Under the pieces are notes generated by a model that worked only from the letters and a program-made list of their open reading frames with translations, was not told the DNA's origin and did not search any database. 52,937 nucleotides of DNA from Bacteroidota bacterium (GTDB lineage: Bacteria; Bacteroidota; Bacteroidia; Bacteroidales; FEN-979), in contig JBAXBP010000003.1 of NCBI GenBank assembly GCA_037141915.1, forward strand, positions 1 through 52,937. The letters run 5' to 3'. The position numbers were made by a program, and so were the translations under genes. This document shows, one piece after another, positions 1 through 7,579 of the stretch. Position 1 is the stretch's first letter, and every line of letters begins with the position of its first letter.

Positions 1-2236
1 GTTTTTCCTGGGTCATATCCATGGCCACCCCAATATATCCCGCAATGGAACCGGAACTATCCCTTATTGTCGAAATCGTTAGTTTAACCGGAAACCTGCT
101 GCCGTCTTTCCGTATATAGGTCCATTCCCTGGTAGCAGATTCGAGCATATGGGTGATGGTCGAAAATACTTTGAAATCAGGCGTGATATTATCTCCTGTA
201 ACAACCGAAAGTTCAGCTGCCTGACTGGCGAGGTCATCCGGATCGTGAAAAACCACCGGTGCGATCTTTCCAATTACCTCATCCGCAGTATAGCCAAGCA
301 TTTTTTCCGCCGCAGCATTGAATGTACTGATTGTTCCGTTTGGCAATGTTGAGATGATGGCCAGTCCTGCATTATTAAGTATGGCCTGCTGCAGGCCCGA
401 AAGTTGCATAATCTCGCGGGTCCTTTCCTCTACCTGCTTTTCAAGTCCTGAGGTATAGGCCTGCAGTTTGATATTAAGTTCCCGTTTGTGGAGGTTAAGG
501 GATATTTGGGAGGCAATATCTTCGGCGATCTGCAGGTGCTCGGGAATAAAACTGTCGGGTTCAACGGCAAGAAGGATGAACAATCCGACAACTTTTTTGT
601 GATCCGAAAGCGGAGTACTTATAACCGAATGATATCCCTTTTCCAGCATCATTTGTTCAACCGGACTTTTTACAGTTTCTGGGGAAACTGTGCTGAAATC
701 GTTTTTCCCTTTCTCAAACATGGAAATATCAAACAGGTTCAAAGGGAATCTCCGGTTCATATTACTGCTAAATATGCCATTCAGCATCCGTGATTCAAAT
801 ACAGCCTCATCTTTGTCAAAATCGAAAGTGATCAGCAGGATTTCCTGGCAGGGTATCAGGCCTGTGATACTTTTCATGGCTATCTCATCTACAGCACTTT
901 CAAAAAGGTCTGACTGCATAATCGCACGATCGACCCTGCGCAGAATTTCAAGCCTCTCATTTGCCCGGTTGATCTTTGAGAGAGTGGACTTTAATCCTGT
1001 CACATCCTCGAAAGTTGTGAAGACCTGGAAAGGAGTTGTTTCGCCAGGCCTGAACAATGGTTCAGCGCTTACATTGATCCAGTTATACTGTTCTGTTGAT
1101 GGATTGAAAACCCCTATAACAGCGAAATCCTGCTTTCCGGTTTTCAGGCTAATCATCGCAGGGTGCGTGTCTCCGGGGAAAGGAGATCCGTCTTCATGAA
1201 TTGCATGCCAGCGTGGATCGATCGAAGCTCGTCCTTTCATCTGGTCTATTCTCAGTCCGAGTATCCTTTCGGCAGCCGGGTTCGCCTGGAATATGTTTCC
1301 ATCGGCATCCTGGTATACCACGCCCTGGGCCATGGCAGTAAAAAGAGTTCTGTATTGTTCTTCGCTTTCTTTAAGTAATTGTTCCGACGCTTTCTTCTCC
1401 TCCTCGGTTTTCAGGCGCTCGGTAATATCCCTTACCAGGTTTACCATTCCACGCTGGTTCTCGAAACGGAACAAACTGGCATGGATCTCAACCGGGATAA
1501 TGTTACCGTTTTTGGCACGGTAGGAACTTTCATAAATGACAGATTCCCCTGCTGCCAGTTTTTTGTGAAAATCACGCAACTCATCATCCTCAACCGTTCC
1601 CCCGATATCCTTGATCGACATTTCCAGGATTTCATCGCGGGTATAGCCAAGCATCCTGCAGGCAAAGTCATTGACTTCAATAAAATCGCCGAAGGTTCCG
1701 TCGCCACGCAACACGTTTACAAGCAAGCCGTCTTTAATGGCTTTATACAGATCAGAGTATTGCACCTTTGGCAATGAACCAATACCATGAATCTCTTTTG
1801 CCAGCCTCAGTAACCTGAAAACTATCATCACGGCAGCTATCTCGGTATTTTGAACCTGGTTGATAACATTTGCCTCAAGCCAGAGCCAGTTTTCCTGCAG
1901 GTGTTTGCCGCGTACATGACAGACCTCTGTGGATTCGGGTTCCAAACCAACCCTGTCAATAGATTTCCTGATCAGAGGTATATCCTGGGGGTGAATGAAA
2001 AAATCAAAGCCCTTGCCGGTTAATTCCGCGGGTGAATATCCCATTAAAACTGTAACCGAGGATGAAACCGAAAGCATCTCCCCCGATCCACTCAGTGTTA
2101 TGATAAATTCAGCGTTATGCCTGGCCCACCAAAGCAGTTCCGGGTTTTGCAAATTACTGTAAAGCCCCTGCAGTGTCCTGTTTTCTTTCTTGAGGTTTTC
2201 GATTTCCTCCAACAGGGATGCTCTGCTTTGTCTCAT
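1..2236 (-). CDS. Multi-PAS/PAC + GAF sensor protein, probably a histidine kinase; 3' end runs off the left edge (at least 745 aa)
   Basis: Absent from the ORF track because it has no stop in the window. Manual translation from ATG 2236 gives MRQSRASLLEEIENLKKEN...MGYSPAELTGKGFDFFIHPQD (PAS). The same frame was spot-checked at ~1447 (NLVRDITER, PAC end), ~550 (FIPEHLQIAEDIASQI...LEKQVEERTRE, GAF end plus coiled coil) and the edge (EWTYIRKDGSRFPVKLTISTIRDSSGSIAGYIGVAMDMT, PAC). Confidence 0.88.
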   Translation of the reverse strand, partial: MRQSRASLLEEIENLKKENRTLQGLYSNLQNPELLWWARHNAEFIITLSGSGEMLSVSSSVTVLMGYSPAELTGKGFDFFIHPQDIPLIRKSIDRVGLEPESTEVCHVRGKHLQENWLWLEANVINQVQNTEIAAVMIVFRLLRLAKEIHGIGSLPKVQYSDLYKAIKDGLLVNVLRGDGTFGDFIEVNDFACRMLGYTRDEILEMSIKDIGGTVEDDELRDFHKKLAAGESVIYESSYRAKNGNIIPVEIHASLFRFENQRGMVNLVRDITERLKTEEEKKASEQLLKESEEQYRTLFTAMAQGVVYQDADGNIFQANPAAERILGLRIDQMKGRASIDPRWHAIHEDGSPFPGDTHPAMISLKTGKQDFAVIGVFNPSTEQYNWINVSAEPLFRPGETTPFQVFTTFEDVTGLKSTLSKINRANERLEILRRVDRAIMQSDLFESAVDEIAMKSITGLIPCQEILLITFDFDKDEAVFESRMLNGIFSSNMNRRFPLNLFDISMFEKGKNDFSTVSPETVKSPVEQMMLEKGYHSVISTPLSDHKKVVGLFILLAVEPDSFIPEHLQIAEDIASQISLNLHKRELNIKLQAYTSGLEKQVEERTREIMQLSGLQQAILNNAGLAIISTLPNGTISTFNAAAEKMLGYTADEVIGKIAPVVFHDPDDLASQAAELSVVTGDNITPDFKVFSTITHMLESATREWTYIRKDGSRFPVKLTISTIRDSSGSIAGYIGVAMDMTQEK

Positions 2237-2307
2237 AACCTATCTTGTATATAACAGAGGAGGTAAAATATCATAATGTAAATATAGGTATTGGCATTAT
2301 ATCGTAT

Positions 2308-2373
2308 TGTAGGATAATCAATAATTAATATGTAGTTGCTTCCACCTGTTTTATTGTAGTTGTTTAACCTACA
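2308..2373 (+). promoter_or_regulatory. Triple TGTAG(G/TTG) motif array, candidate response-regulator binding sites
   Basis: TGTAGG at 2308, TGTAGTTGC at 2331 and TGTAGTTGT at 2355, with an inverted CCTACA at 2368-2373. Spacing is 23/24 nt, mirrored at 5676-5731. Confidence 0.5.
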
Positions 2374-2559
2374 TCAAATTATTATAATCCTCATTATGCA
2401 GCTTTTACATTTATGCTTATGTTAAGCCTAATGAACAATCTGCTGGTTCGTGAAACGGGATTTCAAAAACCCTTATGTCTACATTCGGGAAAAAATATTA
2501 ATATTACCTGTGAAATAATCCTGTCATTGATTCCGCCACATAAAGTAATTTCTGGCCGT

Positions 2560-3603
2560 ATGAGACCCTTGCTTTCCAGGTATGAAGCCTTGTTTGATCT
2601 CGCCCCGGTAGGATACATTATCCTGAATGCGAATTATATTATCCTGGATGTAAATCCTTTTTGTGCCCGATTGCTTGGCGCAGATCAAAAACTGATCATC
2701 GGACAGATTTTTCGCAGGTTTGTTTCCGATGAATCCTGGCCCGTGTTTTCTGCCGGACTTATTACTAACACTCCCCTATCAGAGAACAAGGAGTTTGAAC
2801 TTACCCTGAAAACGGCAGACGGGGCCTTGCTTTCTGCACAGGCTAATGTTTTAAGTCTCGTCTATCCGGACGAATATCTCATTTCAATCCTTGACATGAC
2901 CTACCGCAGGCAAACCGATGACCGCATGCAGGGGCTGACCCAGAAGTTGCGTGATCTCTCGGCTCATATTGAAGCGGGTATGGAGCAGGAAAAAAAGCGC
3001 ATCGCGCGCGAGATCCACGACGGGCTTGGATCATCCCTTTCAGCCCTGAAGATGGAACTGTCGTTGCTACGCCGGCGGCTTGAACCCGGTAATCCTGACC
3101 CTGAAATTGAGAAGCAAATCCGTTCCATGTCGGCGCTGGTTGAAGGAACAGTTGACCTGGTTCGAAAGCTTGCAACCGAATTGCGCCCGGAGGTACTTGA
3201 CGAGTTGGGGCTTATTGCAACCCTGCGCTGGTATACCAGGGATTTCGGGGAACGTGCGGGTTTTACCACAGGGTTCACGGTATATCCTAAAGACTTCAAA
3301 CTCGATCCGGCTCTTTCCACGGCTATTTTCAGGATATTCCAGGAGATCATGAATAACGTAGCCAAGCATTCAGCTGCCGGCAGGGTTACGGTTTTCCTGC
3401 GCAAGCAACAGCATCAGTTCCTCATGCGGGTGCGGGATGACGGGATCGGCATCCGTGAAGAAGAACTGAATCATAAACGCTCATTCGGGATCATCGGGAT
3501 GCAGGAAAGAGTGAAACTTCTGAAAGGCCAGATGAAAATTACAGGGATCAAAGGGAAAGGAACAACCGTTTTGCTTGAGATACCCATTCAAACTAATCCA
3601 TAA
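2560..3603 (+). CDS. PAS-domain sensor histidine kinase, HisKA_3 (NarX/UhpB-like)
   Basis: PAS (LFDLAPVGY), H-box EKKRIAREIHDGLG, and HATPase (QEIMNNVAKHS, DDGIG, GIIGMQER). The ORF is open from 2413, but ATG 2560 is preferred because the upstream sequence is AT-rich and intergenic-like. Confidence 0.92.
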   Translation: MRPLLSRYEALFDLAPVGYIILNANYIILDVNPFCARLLGADQKLIIGQIFRRFVSDESWPVFSAGLITNTPLSENKEFELTLKTADGALLSAQANVLSLVYPDEYLISILDMTYRRQTDDRMQGLTQKLRDLSAHIEAGMEQEKKRIAREIHDGLGSSLSALKMELSLLRRRLEPGNPDPEIEKQIRSMSALVEGTVDLVRKLATELRPEVLDELGLIATLRWYTRDFGERAGFTTGFTVYPKDFKLDPALSTAIFRIFQEIMNNVAKHSAAGRVTVFLRKQQHQFLMRVRDDGIGIREEELNHKRSFGIIGMQERVKLLKGQMKITGIKGKGTTVLLEIPIQTNP

Positions 3604-3614
3604 TCATTAATATT

Positions 3615-4244
3615 ATGATTGAGATACTGATTGTCGATGACCATGCAATTGTGCGTGAAGGTTTACAAGCCATCCTGAAGCTTGAAGAAGGAATATCGGT
3701 AGTGGGGATGGCAAAGAATGCGGCAGAAGCCCTCAAGGTTGTTACTTCGCACAAGGTTGATGTGATTATCCTGGATATCTCACTGCCCGGCCGCAATGGT
3801 CTTGAGATCATAAAAGAAGTGAAAAAGGTGCAGCCGAATGTGAGGATAATCATGCTCAGCGTTTATCCCGAGGACAGGTGTGCGATCCGTGCTTTTAAAG
3901 CAGGGGCTTCGGGCTACCTCACCAAGGAGATGGCGCCGGAGATGATTGTAGAAGCGATCCGCAAAGTCAGTTCCGGGGGTAAATACATTACACCGGCCAT
4001 AGCCGAAAAACTTGCCGATGAACTGAATGAGCTGAACGATAAAACACCGCATGAAAGGCTTTCCGACCGTGAGTTTGACGTGATGTGCATGGTAGGATCG
4101 GGGAAATCGCTCATCGAAATAGCCGAAAAGCTCGGCATCAGCGACCGCACCGTCAGCACCTACCGTACCCGCATCCTCAAAAAGATGAACCTGAAAAACA
4201 ATTCAGAGATTATTCATTACGTGATTGACAACGGGCTTATTTAA
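3615..4244 (+). CDS. NarL/UvrY-family response regulator (REC + LuxR HTH)
   Basis: ILIVDDHAIVREG, phospho-Asp in ILDISLPG, and HTH LSDREFDV...ISDRTVSTYRTRILKKM. Starts 11 nt after the cognate kinase. Confidence 0.95.
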   Translation: MIEILIVDDHAIVREGLQAILKLEEGISVVGMAKNAAEALKVVTSHKVDVIILDISLPGRNGLEIIKEVKKVQPNVRIIMLSVYPEDRCAIRAFKAGASGYLTKEMAPEMIVEAIRKVSSGGKYITPAIAEKLADELNELNDKTPHERLSDREFDVMCMVGSGKSLIEIAEKLGISDRTVSTYRTRILKKMNLKNNSEIIHYVIDNGLI

Positions 4245-4315
4245 TCCTTAAAATCATGAAACCATTTCAGAAATTATTCCTGTTTTTTCTGCTGATGATG
4301 CCTGAAGGCGCATTG

Positions 4316-5602
4316 TTAAACCGAGGATGAACAAACCAGCGACAACGGCAAATGCACCACGAATACCGATCCATCATCGGGACTACTGCTAAAAGTAATG
4401 CCCCCTCCGTGAAGTTTTACCGATTCCATCGCAATATTCAGTCCCAAACCATTTCCTTCAATTCCTGAAGTGTTGCCTGCCCTGAAATAAGGCCTGAAAA
4501 GCTGTTCCTGGTCCTTCAGCGGGATTCCGATTCCATGATCCCGTACACTCAGTAATATGGATTCAGCATCCTGGTATAATCTCACAACCACCGCCTGGCC
4601 GCCTTTGGAATATTTAACAGCGTTTGAGACCAGGTTGTCAACTACCTGGTGGATCAGGCGGATGTCAAGTGACATGGTGAGTTCTTTAAACTCATTCCTG
4701 AATTGTATTTTATTTACAAGCCAGGGATCTGCATTGAAATTATTAATGGTGGTGTTGCAAAATTCAGGCATATCAATGTTTTCCTGAACAACCGGCACCT
4801 TTCCTTCCTGAATTTTCGAGACCTGAAATACCGAATCGACAACTTTGGCCAGGTGCAATGATTGTTCTTTGATATTTAAAACCTTCGCTGCAATTTGTTT
4901 CCTGTCAAGCTTATCCCAATATTCAGCCAGAGATTCGGCCGAGAACAGTATGGATGTGAGAGGTGTCCTGAATTCATGGGAAGTCATTGAGACAAACCGG
5001 GATTTAAGCTCGTTTAGTTCTTTTTCTTTCTGATAATTAAGCAGCAGGCTTTCTTCCAGCTGCTTTCTCTCGGTTATATCCCGCAGGGTTCCGTAGGTCC
5101 CGGTTACTTCATCATTTTCGTTCAAACCCAGCCTTGCAAATACTTCAACCCACTTAAACCCTCCGGATTTTGTGAGGTATCTTATTTCATGCCTGCAGTA
5201 ATCTTTTTTCCTGTTAATCAGGGGGGCAAACAGCTCCATGTTTCTTTCCCTGTCTTCGGGATGAACATAGTTAACGAATAACAGGCCCAACGACTCGGCT
5301 ACGCTGAACCCCGTGATCTCTTCCCATGATTTGTTCAGGAAGATCCACAGTCCCTCGGTATCGGTCTGAAAAATTATTTCCTTTACATTCTCAACAATGG
5401 ACTTGTAAAGTGCTTCACTTCCCCTGAGGACTTCTTCAATCCGTTTACGCTCTTCTATCTGGCATTGCAAGTCATGGTTTGTTCGCGAAAGTTCGGATGT
5501 CCTTTCTGCAATTATAGCTTCAAGGTCCAGGTTGTGAATTTCCCGGTCATCCGACGGTGAGGCCGGGCCGTCCTTTTTGCTGTCTTTAGAATTTGTATTC
5601 AT
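4316..5602 (-). CDS. Cytoplasmic PAS/PAC sensor histidine kinase (HisKA)
   Basis: PAS (FVNYVHPED), PAC (GTLRDITERK), H-box SHEFRTPL, N-box NLVSNAVKYS, DHGIG, GNGLGL. No TM segment seen. ATG 5602 is preferred over TTG 5629. Confidence 0.93.
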   Translation of the reverse strand: MNTNSKDSKKDGPASPSDDREIHNLDLEAIIAERTSELSRTNHDLQCQIEERKRIEEVLRGSEALYKSIVENVKEIIFQTDTEGLWIFLNKSWEEITGFSVAESLGLLFVNYVHPEDRERNMELFAPLINRKKDYCRHEIRYLTKSGGFKWVEVFARLGLNENDEVTGTYGTLRDITERKQLEESLLLNYQKEKELNELKSRFVSMTSHEFRTPLTSILFSAESLAEYWDKLDRKQIAAKVLNIKEQSLHLAKVVDSVFQVSKIQEGKVPVVQENIDMPEFCNTTINNFNADPWLVNKIQFRNEFKELTMSLDIRLIHQVVDNLVSNAVKYSKGGQAVVVRLYQDAESILLSVRDHGIGIPLKDQEQLFRPYFRAGNTSGIEGNGLGLNIAMESVKLHGGGITFSSSPDDGSVFVVHLPLSLVCSSSV

Positions 5603-5675
5603 GCAATCTGTGGGTGAAAACATTAGCAAGTTACAACATTAAGTGAACACCGGACGTAGCGGCTGTGTCATTTAT

Positions 5676-5731
5676 ACAACTACGCAAATACTATCGCACA
5701 CCCTTACATGATTTCTTCAAATGCAACTACA
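5676..5731 (-). promoter_or_regulatory. Second TGTAG motif array
   Basis: Read on the minus strand: TGTAGTTGC (from 5731), TGTAAGG (from 5708), CGTAGTTGT (from 5684). Spacing is 23/24 nt. Confidence 0.5.
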
Positions 5732-5752
5732 TCTTGTTGTATTTCATTAGTT

Positions 5753-5760
5753 TAAATTTG
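5753..5760 (+). promoter_or_regulatory. Bacteroidota sigma-A -7 element for the HU gene
   Basis: TAAATTTG matches TAnnTTTG, 29 nt before ATG 5790. Confidence 0.65.
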
Positions 5761-5789
5761 GTGCGTTCATTTTACTAATTATAAAAGTT

Positions 5790-6086
5790 ATGACAAAAGC
5801 AGAGATCGTATCGGAAATTTCAAAGAATACCGGGATCTTAAAACCCGCAGTTGAAGACATAGTGAACACCTTTATGTCGAGCGTGAAACAATCCATGATC
5901 AAAGGAGAAAATTGCTATTTCCGTGGTTTTGGCAGTTTTATCGTTAAAAAACGTGCACAGAAAACTGCAAGAAATTTATCCTTGAAAAAACCATTGGTAC
6001 TCCCGGCTCACTTTACTCCTAAGTTCAAACCGGCCAGGGATTTTGCAAGCAATGTTAGTGCGAACGTAGCTGTCAGGAAAGGGTAA
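5790..6086 (+). CDS. hup: HU/IHF-family DNA-binding protein (Bacteroidota type)
   Basis: MTKAEIVSEISKNTG...RGFGSFIVKKRAQKTARN...PAHFTPKFKP. Confidence 0.93.
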   Translation: MTKAEIVSEISKNTGILKPAVEDIVNTFMSSVKQSMIKGENCYFRGFGSFIVKKRAQKTARNLSLKKPLVLPAHFTPKFKPARDFASNVSANVAVRKG

Positions 6087-6090
6087 ACAC

Positions 6091-6339
6091 ATGTTAGTGA
6101 TTTTCGAAACGATTTTCATCCCTGTCGTTCTTCTTTTCCTTTTATTGTTCCTCCGTAATGTGCAGGTCAATAAATTCAGGAAGCGCCTTGAAAAAGGAAA
6201 GATCTGCACATTTTATATCGGTGAGATCAGATGGATGGGCGAGATCATCGATTTCTTAGAAGGAACGGTTAGTATCCGTTACTTTGACGGGGAACGTCAG
6301 GAAGTGACCGAGCGGTCTGTAGGAGAACTTTATCCCTGA
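6091..6339 (+). CDS. Small single-pass membrane protein with a YajC-like architecture
   Basis: Hydrophobic N-terminal helix, basic linker and small predicted beta domain. Starts 4 nt after the HU stop. Confidence 0.7.
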   Translation: MLVIFETIFIPVVLLFLLLFLRNVQVNKFRKRLEKGKICTFYIGEIRWMGEIIDFLEGTVSIRYFDGERQEVTERSVGELYP

Positions 6340-6446
6340 CCGGGTCTTATTCCTGAACCGACATTTCATTATACAATCCCGGTTCATACCAGGGGGCTGA
6401 ATCCATACAGGGTTTCATTACCAGTATTCATCATCAAATATTTTTT

Positions 6447-6454
6447 TAACTTTG
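6447..6454 (+). promoter_or_regulatory. -7 promoter element of the tRNA gene
   Basis: TAACTTTG lies 10 nt upstream of the tRNA 5' end. Confidence 0.75.
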
Positions 6455-6464
6455 CACCCCCATT

Positions 6465-6539
6465 GGCCCCGTAGTTCAATGGATAGAATGGAAGTTTCCT
6501 AAACTTTAGATGCAGGTTCGATTCCTGCCGGGGCTACCA
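6465..6539 (+). tRNA. tRNA-Arg(CCT), CCA encoded
   Basis: Acceptor stem GGCCCCG/CGGGGCT, D arm GTTC-AATGGATA-GAAT, anticodon arm GAAGT-TTCCTAA-ACTTT, T arm GCAGG-TTCGATT-CCTGC, discriminator A plus CCA. Confidence 0.97.
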
Positions 6540-6571
6540 AAACCCACTGACTATCAGTGGGTTTTGCTTTT
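6539..6571 (+). terminator. Intrinsic terminator after the tRNA
   Basis: Perfect 12-bp inverted repeat AAAACCCACTGA-CTA-TCAGTGGGTTTT followed by GCTTTT. Confidence 0.8.
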
Positions 6572-6789
6572 CCAGTATCTTATTCGGTGTCTTTATTGGA
6601 GAATCCGCACATATTGACCCCACCTATACGTTTTAACAATCAACCTGTTAAAAATTTAGGATTTTAGCCCTTGATTCACATTAAAAATTATTAATTTGGT
6701 GCTTTATTTCTTAATCCATTTAAATTTCAGACAAAAACAAAACCCAGGTAAGTTTAATAAATGGTAGTTTGAACTTAAAAACATCTGTC

Positions 6790-7488
6790 ATGAAAAAATT
6801 TTTACTCATTTCCGGCATTCTGATATTTCTTTATGCCTGTTCTTCCGATGTAGCGACTTTTAGCCAGTTGCAGGATCGTAATGGCGTTTTTTACCTTGCT
6901 AACAAAGATAAACCCTTTACGGGGGAGGTAGTAGAATACAATAACGGCAAGGTCGCCATGCAAGGAAGAATTGATAAAGGTTTGCGTGAAGGCTTATGGG
7001 TCCATTATTACCCAAATGGACAAAAGAAAATGGAAGGGAACTTCAAAGAAGGAGTCAAAGATGGTACATGGACTTACTGGCAAGACAACGGTCAGCAACA
7101 AGCTGTTGAAACATATAAATATGGCAAGCTGCTTTCAAGTGAAGGAACCTTAGTTGATTCCGTTAAACCAGCTGCAACTCCTGCGCCGGCAGCAGTTCCC
7201 GCAGCAGTCCCGGAAAAGAAAGCTGCCGTGACACCAAAACCGGCAAAATCTCATGAAGCCCGTGCCCCGGAAGCAGTTGTGGAGAAAGCACCGGAACCAA
7301 TACCCTGGACAAGATTGAAGGGCGGTTCAATAAAATTCCTTGACGGGGCTCCTTATACCGGGCCGGTGGTAGGTTATCATAAAAACGGGCTGAAGGACTT
7401 CGACGGATATTTAACCAACGGGAAAAAAAGCGGGAAGTGGACTTATTATGACAACAAGGGAAATCCCAAGGTTGATAAATACTATTAA
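6790..7488 (+). CDS. Lipoprotein with MORN-variant (YwqK-like) repeats and a Pro/Ala-rich linker
   Basis: Signal peptide MKKFLLISGILIFLYA-C (lipobox). Repeats GLWVHYYPNGQKKMEGNFKEG, GTWTYWQDNG and GKWTYYDNKG. Linker PAATPAPAAVPAAVP. Confidence 0.85.
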   Translation: MKKFLLISGILIFLYACSSDVATFSQLQDRNGVFYLANKDKPFTGEVVEYNNGKVAMQGRIDKGLREGLWVHYYPNGQKKMEGNFKEGVKDGTWTYWQDNGQQQAVETYKYGKLLSSEGTLVDSVKPAATPAPAAVPAAVPEKKAAVTPKPAKSHEARAPEAVVEKAPEPIPWTRLKGGSIKFLDGAPYTGPVVGYHKNGLKDFDGYLTNGKKSGKWTYYDNKGNPKVDKYY

Positions 7489-7579
7489 ACTTCTTTTATT
7501 TTTTTCACTATATCCCTGTTTATAAGTTCTCGCATAAAGCTGGTGCCCTTATAAAGCTTTGCTTTTACTTTGCAAAGTA

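Noticed and set aside
79-1777. Cluster of 64-169 aa ORFs in the track
   Set aside because: They are antisense or off-frame shadows of the long minus-strand PAS/GAF gene and carry no recognisable motifs.
2291-2306. Possible sigma-54 promoter (TTGGCA...)
   Set aside because: The -12 TTGC element is missing at the required spacing.
6539-6630. Possible integrative element at the tRNA-Arg 3' end (hairpin plus a TGACCCCAC motif)
   Set aside because: No integrase, no duplicated tRNA 3' end seen elsewhere in the window, and the downstream genes look chromosomal.
6790-7488. Toxin-antitoxin (YwqJK) system
   Set aside because: No toxin gene is adjacent. The protein is a lipoprotein, and the repeat alone does not imply antitoxin function.
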